Positions 36,361 through 47,513 of a stretch of 64,000 nucleotides of DNA are shown here, piece by piece. The number at the start of each line of letters is the position of its first letter. Position 1 is the first letter of the stretch. The DNA lies in NCBI RefSeq assembly GCF_963921235.1, contig NC_086101.1:4776001-4840000 (forward strand). The letters are read 5' to 3'. A program made the translations under genes and the position numbers. Under the pieces are notes generated by a model. That model ran no database searches. It saw nothing but the letters and a program-made list of their open reading frames with translations, and was not told where the DNA came from. This DNA is from Mobula hypostoma (taxonomy: Eukaryota).

Positions 36361-37711
36361 ATCAGTAAAAACAGCCTGCTTGCACTTATACTATCTATAC
36401 CACTCATAACTTTGTATGTATCAGAATCTCTCCTTATTCTTATATGTTCCAGAGAATAAAGTCCTAACCGATTCCCTATAACTCAGGTCCTGAAGTCTCA
36501 GAAACATCCTTGTAAACTTTCTCTGTACTCCTTCAGCTGTATTGATATCTCTTCTAGGGTGTTCATTAAGATCATTTGTGACCTGCCTCTATATCCTAGA
36601 CTTTTCATCAAGGATCAGCTTTATTCACCATATACATTTATATCTATTAGAAAATTTGCTGTGGTTTGTTGGCACTTCAGTGCAAATGACATTCAAGTTG
36701 GTATCTACAGTACTGTACAAAACTCTTCGGCATGTGTATAAGATCTTAAGACATAGGAGCAGAATTAGGCCATTCAGCCCATCGAGTCTGCCGCACCATT
36801 CCATCATGGCTGATCCCAGATCCCACTCAACCCCATATACCTGACTTCTCGCCATATCCTTTGATGCCCTGACTGATTAGAAAACAATCAACTTCTGCTT
36901 TAAATATACCCATAGACGGCCTCCACCCCAGTCTGTGGCAGAGCATTCCACAGATTTACCAGTCTCTGGCTCAAAAAAGTTCCTCCCTGCCTCTGTTCCA
37001 AAAGGTTGCTCCTCAATTTTGAGGCTGTGCCCTCGAGTTGTGGACACCCCCACCATAGCTGGGGTACCTAAGGCTTTTGCACAGTACTGTAGTAATTTTA
37101 TGTATTGCACGGTACTGCTGCCACAAAAAAAATTCATGATATAGGTCTTCAGAGAGACATTCGGTAATGATCAATAAACCAATTGTTTGGAATCAAATGC
37201 TCTTGCCTGGTGTCGCAGGGCTGGGCTGGGTGTGTCTGCATCTGTGTCACCACCCCCCCCCACCCCACCCTGGCACTCCTTCTCTTTCACTTGTCCCACA
37301 CCCTCCCTGTGGCACTTCATCCTCGGCTTTCCTACCATCCTTTGCTCCCGCCAGATTCTCCGCTGCACGTTGACAAGTACAGAACTGTGCAAGCCGTATT
37401 GATTAGTAGGTTAATTGGTCATTGTAAATTGTCCCGGATATTTCTACAGATGTACTGTCGAGCGCATTCGGACTGGCTGCGTCACTGTCTAATTCGGCTA
37501 GGATTAAGTAGATGGGTTTGCGGATGGTGCAGTTCCGCACCATCGCTCCAAATAAAATAAAGTAAAATATTCTGGGTTAGCAGAAACCTGTCAATCACCT
37601 AGAGAAGGTGAAAAGCTGGAAGGCAGAGATGTTTAAATGTGAATGGTGGTGGGATACCATTCCAGAGGTGAAGCTTGTACTGAATGCACTCTTCGTCTCT
37701 CTCTCTCTCAG

Positions 37712-37932
37712 CAGTGTCACGGCAGTCAATGGTGCTCTCCCAGTCGGACCTGGTGAGAATCCCAGTGCAGGGACTAATCAAGGTCCCAGCAGCGAATGGG
37801 ACCATCAATGGGATTTCTACCAGCTGCAAGCGGCCCACCGCTGTTGCCAATGGGATTGGCATCAACAAGTCTGCCACCAAACCAATCATCCCTGCGCCAA
37901 CACATACTGGAAGCAGCTCCTCGGAGATTGAT
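37712..37932 (+). CDS. ATF6B: ATF6-family coding exon 7: (A)VSRQSMVLSQSDLVRIPVQGLIKVP...TKPIIPAPTHTGSSSSEID (ends just before the bZIP)
   Basis: (ct)n tract + cagCAG tandem acceptor, GAT|gtgagt donor, 221 nt, phase 1->0. Ends like the recalled ATF6B KSIVPAP...PEVD that precedes the basic region. Confidence 0.85.
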
Positions 37933-38181
37933 GTGAGTACAGGAACCGGTGCAGTGCGGATCTCCGGTTGCAGTTTCAATAATCATGTGCCATTTCAGTT
38001 TGGACAAGCTTCATTTTGGAGCTCTTCTCAAACTTCAAAGAAAATCAATTATCAAGTCACATTTATGTCACTATGTACAAACCTGACATTTGTTTCCTAG
38101 TAGTCACTCACAGTGAATACAGAGAAACAAAAAAAAACACAAGCAAAATAATGAAACAAACAAACAAGCCAGCAAACAATA

Positions 38182-39771
38182 CAGTGGTATGCAAAAGTTT
38201 GGGCACCCCTGGTCAAAATTTCTGTTACTGTGAATAGTTAAGTGAGTAGAAAATGAACTGATCTCCAAAAGTCATAAAGTTAAAGGTGAAACATTCTTTT
38301 CAACATTTTAAGCAAGATTAGTGTATTATTTTTGTTTCATACAATTTTAGAGTGAAAAAAGGAAAGGAGCACCATGCAAAAGTTTGGGCACCCCAAGAGA
38401 TTTCAGCTCTCAGATAACTTTTACCAAGGTCTCAGACCTTAATTAGCTTGTTAGGGCTATGGCTTGTTCACTATCATCATTAGGAAAGGCAGGGTGATGC
38501 AAATTTCAAAGCTTTATAAATACCCTGACTCCTCAAACCTTGTCCCAACAATCAGCAGCCATGGGCTCCTCTAGGCAGCTGCCTGGCACTCTGAAAATTA
38601 AAATAAATGATGCCCACAAAGCAGGAGAAGGCTATGAGACGATAGCAAAGCATTTTGAGGTAGCTGTTTCCTCAGTTTGTAATGTAATTAAGAAATGGTA
38701 GTTAACAGGAACGGTGGAGGCCAAGTGGAGATCTGGAAAACCAAGAAAACTTTCCGAGAGAACTGCTTGTAGGATTGCTAGAAAGGCAAATCAAAACCCC
38801 TGTTTGACTGCAAAAGACCTTCAGGAAGATTTAGCAGACTCTAAAATTGGTTGATACCTGCACAAATATGACCTTCATGGAAGAGTCATCAGAAGGAAAC
38901 CTTTCCTGCATCCTCACCCTAAAATTCAGCATCAGAAGTTTGCAAAGGAACATCTAAACAAGGCTGATGCATTTTGGAAACAAGTCCTGTTATCTGATGA
39001 AGTTAAAATTTTTGGCCGTAATGAGCAAAGGTATCTGGAGAAAAGAGGGTGCAGAGTTTCATGAAAAGAACACCTCTCCAACTGTTAAGCATGAGGATGG
39101 ATCGATCATGCTTTGGGCTTATGTTGTAGCCAGTGGCATGGGGAACATTTCACTGGTAGAGGGAAGAATGAATTCAATTAAATACCAGCAAATTCTGGGA
39201 GCAAACATCACACCGTCTGTAAAAAAGCTGACGATGAAAAGAGGATGGCTTCTACAACAGGATAATGATCCTAAACACACCTCAAAATCCACAATGGACT
39301 ACCTCAAGAGGCACAAGCTGAAGGTTTTGCCATGGCCCTCAGAGTCCCCCGACCTTAAACATCATCAAAAATCTGTGGATAGACCTCAAAAGAGCAGTGC
39401 ATGCAAGACGGCCCAAGAATCTCACAGAACTAGAAGCCTTTTGCAAGGAAGAATAGGCAAAAATCTCCCAAACAAGAATTGTAAGACTCTTAGCTGGCTA
39501 CAGAAAGCGTTTACAAGCTGTGATACTTGCCAAAGTGGGTGTTACTAAGTACTGACTATGCAGGGTGCCCAAACTTTTGCTTCGGGCCCTTTTCCTTTTT
39601 TGTTATTTTGAAACTGTAAAAGATAGAAATAAAAAAAGTAATCTTAAAATATTAAAGAAATGTGTCATATTTTACTTTATGCCTTTTGGAAATCAGTTCA
39701 TCTTTTACTCGCTTAGCTATTCACAGTAACAGAAATTTTGACCGGGGTGCCCAGACTTTTACATGCCACTC
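38182..39771 (+). mobile_element. Full-length Tc1-like transposon of IR/DR type (1590 bp), transposase pseudogenised
   Basis: TA-flanked TIRs cagtggtatgcaaaagtttgggcaccc / gggtgcccagacttttacatgccact; inner direct repeats near 38374 and 39563. Transposase from ATG 38561 with LQQDNDPKH and WPSESPDL, plus stops and frameshifts. Confidence 0.95.
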
Positions 39772-40451
39772 TAAATATCAGGAGCATGGGATGAAGTGTC
39801 CTGAAAGTGAGACCATAGGTTGTGGAAACAGTTCAGTGATGGGTGAGTATAGATGTCCCCTTTGGTTCAAGAGCATGGTGGTTGAGGGGTAATAACAGTT
39901 CCTGGACTTGGTTTGCTTGTGTCCTGAAGTTCCTGCACCACCTTCTTGATGGCAGGAGTGGGAAGAGAGCACGTCTTGGTTGGTAGTGGTCTCTGATGGT
40001 TGCTGCTTTCCTGTGACACTTCCCATGTAGATACGCTCAGTGGTGGGGAGGGCTTTACCTGTGATGGCATTCTGTCATTTCTGCATATGTAACATATATA
40101 CAATGTACAGTGTCTCCTGAGGTTCGTATAACAAATTGTCTGGCGTTCATTGAAGATCAAGATGTTCTCAATTTGTCTTCAGTGTGACATTTTATCACTC
40201 AACCAGAATTGCTTAGTACAAGGGTCGGCAACCTTTTTGCCTCTGTGGGCCGGATCGCTTCTTATTGAGCGGACAGTGGGCCAGATAAATGCCATAAAAA
40301 AAACTTGAAATATGGGAATTATCCATTTAAATACATCTAGTTATGTTTTGCCTCAAATTAATGAATAACGCATGCTAGAAAATTATTTGTGCTTAACCAA
40401 GGTTGCCAATTAGTAACTAAAGAACTCAGTTTAGTTGCAATTTATTTCAGT

Positions 40452-41767
40452 CATAGAAACATAGAAACATAGAAAATAGGTGCAGGAGTAGGCCATTCGG
40501 CCCTTCGAGCCTGCACCGCCATTTATTATGATCATGGCTGATCATCCAACTCAGAACCCAGCCTTCCCTCCATACCCCCTGACCCCTGTAGCCACAAGGG
40601 CCATATCTAACTTCCTTTTAAACATAGCTAATGAACTGGCCTCAACAGTTTGCTGTGGCAGAGAATTCCACAGATTCACCACTCTCTGTGTGAAGAAGTT
40701 TTTCCTAATCTCGGTCCTAAAAGGCTTCCCCTCTATCCTCAAACTGTGACCCCTCGTTCTGGACCTCCCCAACATCGGGAACAATCTTCCCGCATCTAGC
40801 CTGTCCAATCCCTTTAGGATCTTATACGTTTCAATCAGATCCCCCCTCAATCTTCTAAATTCCAACGAGTACAAGCCCAGTTCATCCAGTCTTTCTTCAT
40901 ATGAAAGACCTGCCATCCCAGGAATCAATCTGGTGAACCTTCTTTGTACTCCCTCTATGGCAAAGATGTCTTTCCTCAGATTAGGGGACCAAAACTGCAC
41001 ACAATACTCCAGGTGTGGTCTCACCAAGGCCTTGTACAACTGCAGTAGTACCTCCCTGCTCCTGTACTCGAATCCTCTCGCTATAAATGCCAGCATACCG
41101 TTCGCCTTTTTCACCGCCTGCTGTACCTGCATGCCCACTTTCAATGACTGGTGTATAATGACACCCAGGTCTCGTTGCACCTCCCCTTTTCCTAATCGGC
41201 CACCATTCAGATAATAATCTGTTTTCCTATTTTTGCCACCAAAGTGGATAACTTCACATTTATCCACATTAAATTGCATCTGCCATGAGTTTTCCCACTC
41301 ACCCAACCTATCCAAGTCACCCTGCATCCTCTTAGCATCCTCCTCACTGCTAACACTGCCACCCAGCTTCGTGTCATCCGCAAACTTGGAGATGCTGCAT
41401 TTAATTCCCTCATCCAAGTCATTAATATATATTGTAAACAACTGGGGTCCCAGCACTGAGCCTTGCGGTACCCCACTAGTCACCGCCTGCCATTCTGAAA
41501 AGGTCCCGTTTATTCCCACTCTTTGCTTCCTGTCTGCTAACCAATTCTCCACCCACACCAATACCTTACCCCCAATACCGTGTGCTTTAAGTTTGCACAT
41601 TAATCTCCTGTGTGGGACCTTGTCAAAAGCCTTTTGAAAATCCAAATATACCACATCCACTGGTTCTCCCCTATCCACTCTACTAGTTACATCCTCAAAA
41701 AATTCTATGAGATTCGTCAGACATGATTTTCCTTTCACAAATCCATGCTGACTTTGTCCGATCATTT
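40452..41767 (-). mobile_element. CR1 LINE, young 5'-truncated copy with open RT frame
   Basis: ORF 40551-41760 region uninterrupted (QHGFVKGKSC..FADDTK..); (CATAGAAA)n tail. Confidence 0.95.
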
Positions 41768-42469
41768 CAAGGCATCTTTTGAATCTATTAAAAGGACACA
41801 AAAAATCTTTAAACATAAAACTTATGAACATTATGCATTGAATGGTGGTAAATTAAGTATAATAAAAAAGAAAATTTTAATGCAAACAGTCGACAAATTT
41901 CACATTGATTTAATGCTGTTTGTTGCTTGAAAGCTTCTCAATATTGGATGTCAGACGTGTTGATGCCAAGAGCAAGACATTATCCAGATGGGCAACAGTC
42001 AATCTTGTTCTCAAATGGTTCTTGGTGTGCTTCAGTTTTGAAAATAATTGCTCACACAGATAAGTGCTGCCAAACAATGATGCCATCTTTTTTGAGTGGT
42101 CCACTAAGTTAGGATACTTCCCACTTGGATGAATATATTTTCTATAGAAGTCAAGCACTGACACATCTTCAGAATGAAATTTCGATCTCAATATGTCGTC
42201 ACACTGCATCTCAATCGATTCCATTTGAAAAATTTCTGATGCAGTGTCCACTTCCACATCAAATGGAGTAGCAAACAGCTTGAACTCATTTGCATGAAAG
42301 TGAAAATCAGCAAAATGAGATGAAAACGCTTTTTTCAATTCTTGGACCATATTCACAAAAATGCCTGGATTTTGTGCTTTACGTTTTTGAAAAGTAGGAA
42401 AATGTGCACAATTTCCTTTTTGAAGCTGGTACTCCGACAATTGCAGTTTTCTTTCAAAGGCCACAATAT

Positions 42470-43239
42470 ACTTTATGCTTTATACTTTATTGTCGCCAAA
42501 CAATTGATACTAGAACGTACAATCATCGTAGCGATATTTGATTCTGCGCTTCCAGCTCCCTGGATTACAAATTGATAGTAAATATATTTTTTTTAAAATT
42601 AAATTATAAATCATAAATGGAAAGTAGAAAAATGGAAAGTAAGGTAGTGCAAAAAAACCAAGATGCAGGTCCGGATATTTGGAGGGTACGGCCCAGGTCC
42701 GGGCCAGGATCCGTTCAGCAGTCTTATCACAGTTGGAAAGAAGCTGTTCCCAAATCTGGCCGTACAAGTCTTCAAGCTCCTGAGCCTTCTCCCGGAGGGA
42801 AGAGGGACAAAAAGTGTGTTGGCTGGGTGGGTCGTGTTCTGGCAACATTGCTCCGACAGTGTGCGGTGTAAAGTGAGTCCAAGGACGGAAGATTGATTTG
42901 TGTGATGTGCTGCGCTGTGTTCACGATCTTCTGCAGCTTCTTCCAGTCATGGACAGGACAACTTCCATACCAGGTTGTGATGCACCCTAGAAGAATGCTT
43001 TCTACGATGCATCTATAAAAATTAGTGAGGGTTTTAGGGGACAGGCCAAATTTCTTTAGTTTTCTCAGGAAGTAAAGACGCTGGTGGGCCTTCTTGGCAG
43101 TGGACTCTGCTTGGTTGGACCAAGTCAGGTCATTTGTGATGTTGACCCCGAGGAACTTAAAGCTTTTGACCTGTTCTACTTGCACACCACCGATGTAAAT
43201 TGGGTCCTGCGGTCCGCTACTCCTTCTGAAGTCAACAAC
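42470..43239 (-). mobile_element. Rex1/Babar LINE 3' portion
   Basis: VKSFKFLGVNITNDLTW, KKAHQRLYFLRKLKKF; caatat duplicated at 42464-42469 and 43240-43245. Confidence 0.9.
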
Positions 43240-43324
43240 CAATATGACCATACATCTCATGTATCAGCTGATTTTTTTCCTTGAAGTTGTAAATTCAAGT
43301 TATTTAAATGAGATGTAATGTCCA

Positions 43325-43872
43325 CAGGTGCGACATGGACATCAAAAGAAGAATAAGGATGGCGAAAGACACCTTTACGAGAATGAAGAGTATTCTGACC
43401 AATACTAAGTAGGCATGACAACCCACCTCAGAGTATGGAAATGTTACGTTTATCCAGTTATGTTATATGGCTCAGAATGTTGGACAATATCTATTAACAT
43501 GAGGAAACGAATTGAAGCAGCAGAGATGTGGTTTTTGAGGAGGATGCAAAGAATATCATGAACGAAATGAATATCTAACGAGGATGTCATGAACAGAGCA
43601 AACACAAAAAGAGAAGTGATGTATGAGATCATGAAAAGGCAACGTAACTTCATTGGACATGTGATTAGGAAAGAGGAGTTAGAATGCACGGTAATTATGG
43701 GAAAGATTGAAAGGAAGAAAGCAAGAGGAAGACAAGGACAAATGATGATGGAGACAGCAGCCAGAGAACTGGAAATGAATACCAATGAATTGATCCACTT
43801 GACCCGAAACAGGAGTGTGTGGGCCATGGCAGTCAAAGCTCAAACTGGGCACGGCACCCAATGATGATGATG
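43325..43872 (+). mobile_element. RTE-clade LINE 3' fragment
   Basis: LYGSECWT, IEAAEMWFLRRM, GKIERKKARGRQ; (TGA)n tail; TSD aatgtcca at 43317-43324 and 43873-43880. Confidence 0.9.
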
Positions 43873-45586
43873 AATGTCCAAAAGAAATACCAAGGTTGCA
43901 AGCCAATCAGGATCACGAAAATGTGAAGCATCCTGATTTTTGCTTTCAAGGAATATTGCCACCTCTTCATGCAATGCAAATACCCTTTCCAGCGTTGACC
44001 CTCGGCTAAGCCAGCGTACCTTGCAGGAATAAGCCAGGTCCCCATATTCTGCCTCCGAATCCAACAGAAACTGCTGAAACTGGCGATGATTCAATCCACG
44101 GGATAGGATCAGTTTCACTGCCTTCACAGCAATGTCCATAACATCCTTTAATTTCAAAGCCTTGGCACATAATGCCTCTTGATGGATAATGCAATGAATT
44201 TTGACCAGTTTCTGTGCAATTCCAAGGTTTTCCATTTGTCCTTGCAACAATGCGATGATGCCTTTTTTCTGTCCCACCATTGCTGGTGCCCCATCAGTTG
44301 TGATGCCAATTAGCTTCGACGCATTAAGGTTAATTTCTGACATCATTTTCAACAAAGCTTCAAAAATGTCTGCTCCAGTAACCGCGTCCTTCATAGGAAT
44401 TAATTGAATAAACGCTTCAAAAATCTGAAAAGTTGAGGTCACTCCTCGCACAAACACCACAAGTTGAGCAGTGTCTCTCAAGTCTTAAACAACTTTTAAC
44501 GTCTGCTGACATTTCTTCAACTCGCCTGTGATCATTTTTGCTGACAGGCTAATAGATGCAAATAAAGATTTCTTTTCAGGATAAACAATATCCACCACAT
44601 TCTTTCACAAACTCGGTCTGTAAAAGGCTTCATCTTCTCTGCAATACGTTTTGAGACTTTGCAGCTGGCACGGGTATTTCCTTCATTTTCACTGCTTTTC
44701 TTGGCAAAAAATGACATTTGTTTTCTGAAACTAGCCGTCATTCACTCAACTTCGTCTTTCCTTGCTTGCCCAGTAAACTTGTTAAAGTTTCCACTGTGGC
44801 GTAATGTGTCTCGTAATGTCGCCTGATATTTGCCACCTTCTTCACAGCAACATTTTCTAGGCAAATGAGACAAACTGGTTTCCCAGCTTGCTCGATGAAG
44901 AAGTAATCTAGTGTCCAAGTGACTTGGAAATTTTAGCACGCAGTGTCTACCTTCCTACGTTTTGCATTCATTGCCAGTGGAATTTTTTTCTTCGATTTTA
45001 TTTCGAAAAGTGAGTTATTCAACAAGTATGGTAGCACATGTAAATATCTGGATATTTAGCGTGGATTTCTTGTTTAAACACAGTGACGCTGTTTCTGTTT
45101 ACAAATTTGAACAATCCCATCTGAAAACCTGTGCGTGCATGGAGAGTATCTAATACATATTAATAAGGTAGTCTGTCTTCACGTCATTCGTATGTACCAG
45201 TGTTTGGTTTGGAACAAAACGGAACCTGGGGCCAGTGTAACAAGACGCCACGAATGTCCATCAGTGTGGTTGCGTGAGACACTCAGAATAAGGAAAAATC
45301 ACTCACAGGCTGGATAAGCTTAGTATCCCAATATTCGCTCGCGGGCCAGTCAAAATACCTACCCCTGGCGTAGAACATAGAACAGTACAGTCTCTCTGGC
45401 CCATGATGTTGTGCTGACCTTTTCACCTTCTCCACAATCAATCTAATCCTTCACTCCCACATAACTCTCCGATTTTCTATCATCCATATGTCTATCTAAG
45501 AGTCTTTTAAATGCCCCTAATGTATCTGCCTCTACTACTGCCTGTAGCAGGGTGTTTCATTGTCTGTGTTAAAAACCTACTTCTGA

Positions 45587-46448
45587 CATTCCCCCCCCGC
45601 CTGCCACCAGATACTTCCCTCCAGTAACCTTAAAATTATGCCCTCTTGTCTCAGCCATTTCCACCCTGGGAACAATTCACCTGCTGTCCATTCTATCTAT
45701 GCCTCTTATCATCTTGTACATCTCTATTGTCATCTCGCATCCTCCTCCATTCCAAAGAAGATAAAAGCCCCAGCCACTCAACCTACCCTCATGACATGCT
45801 TTCTAATCTAGGCACCATCTGGTAAACCTTCTTTACACCTTCTCTAAAATTTCCATATCCACCCAGAACTGAACACAAGTGTGGTCTAACCAAGGTTGTA
45901 TAGAGCTAGAACACTACCTTCTGGCTCTGGAACCCAGTCCCCAGCTAATGAAGGCCATAGACCTTCTGAACCACCCTATTAAATTCTGTGGCAACGCTGA
46001 GGGACATCAAGATCCCTCATTCCCCCCCCGCCTGCCACCAGATACTTCCCTCCAGTAACCTTAAAATTATGCCCTCTTGTCTCAGCCATTTCCACCCTGG
46101 GAACAATTCACCTGCTGTCCATTCTATCTATGCCTCTTATCATCTTGTACATCTCTATTGTCATCTCGCATCCTCCTCCATTCCAAAGAAGATAAAAGCC
46201 CCAGCCACTCAACCTACCCTCATGACATGCTTTCTAATCTAGGCACCATCTGGTAAACCTTCTTTACACCTTCTCTAAAATTTCCATATCCACCCAGAAC
46301 TGAACACAAGTGTGGTCTAACCAAGGTTGTATAGAGCTAGAACACTACCTTCTGGCTCTGGAACCCAGTCCCCAGCTAATGAAGGCCATAGACCTTCTGA
46401 ACCACCCTATTAAATTCTGTGGCAACGCTGAGGGACATCAAGATCCCT
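45587..46448. repeat. Direct tandem duplication of 431 bp within a decayed CR1
   Basis: 45587-46017 is repeated at 46018-46448; no differences seen by eye. Confidence 0.9.
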
Positions 46449-47513
46449 CTGTTCCTCCACACTGCTAAAAATCCTGCCATTAACCCTGTACTAACTTCAA
46501 GTTCGCCCTTCCACAGTGAATCTCTTCACACCGGGTTTTTCTTAAATACTCGGGTTGAGAAATGCCAGGGGGAGGTGATGGGCAAGGGGGAGGTCATAAC
46601 CAGAATGGGAAATGGAAAAGAGCGAGCGAGGGAGTGGCAGAGATTACTGGAAGTTCAAGCCAGGAGATTGGAGACTATCAGGCAGGAGGTACAGGAGCCT
46701 CAGGACCCTTACCACCAGGTTCAGGAACAGATACCACCCCTCAGCCATCAGACTCCTGAACCAGAGGGGATAATTTCCCTCAGCTTCACTTGCCCCATCA
46801 CTGAAATGTACTCACAACCTATGGACTCACTTTCAAGAATTCTTTAGCTCATCATCTCGATATTTATTGCTCATTTATTTGTTATTTTCCTTTTGCTTTT
46901 GTAATGTGGTTGTTTGTACATCATTTTGTGTGCAGTATTTCTATTGTGTTTCATTGTAGTTACTGTGAATGCCAGCAAGAAAATGAATCTGGGGTTCGTA
47001 TGTGGTGACTTGAGATTCACGTGGATAACAAATTTACTCCAGACTTTGTTGCTCCTCAGCCTGAGTCTGGCCTCGTCACAGCAGCCACAAACTGACATGT
47101 CGGAATGGGAAGCTGAATTCAACAGGGTGGGCACTGGCGATGCTGAGTTTTGCATCAGATGGAGAGGATGAGCTCAATGAAGTAGTCCACTGATCTGTGT
47201 TGGGTCCCAGGAATGTGCTGGAATAGTCCGAGCTGCAGGTCACAAGGGCACAGATGAGGGAAGGTTTGACCCAAGTTGGAGGCCGGCTGAGGTTGGACAC
47301 CGACTGATGTGTTCAAAGTTCAAAGTAATTATACCATTATAGAACCTTGAGATTCATCTTGTTGCAGGCAGCCACAAAACAAAAAAAACAAAGTAGAATC
47401 CACGAAAAGCCCGCTACCATAAAAACCGTAAACCATCCGCTGTGCGAAAAAGAACAAATTGTGCAAACAATTTAAGAAAAGCAAATAATACACAGAATGA
47501 GTTTCTGAAAGCG

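Larger units (their letters stand above)
40219..45367 (-). mobile_element. hAT (Charlie/SPIN-like) transposon, disrupted by three nested LINEs
   Basis: Ends caagggtcggcaacct / cctacccctg; 8-bp flanks gcttagta / gcgtagaa. Transposase fragments: GKPVCLIC, DTAQLVVFVRGV, ITTDGAPAMVG, HCIIHQEALC, VRWLSRG, FGSTYLCEQLFS. Confidence 0.9.

Noticed and set aside
41910..44970. Domesticated GTF2IRD2/ZBED/EPM2AIP1-like host gene
   Set aside because: It has stops, frameshifts and LINE insertions, and retains TIRs and TSD, so it is a dead transposon.
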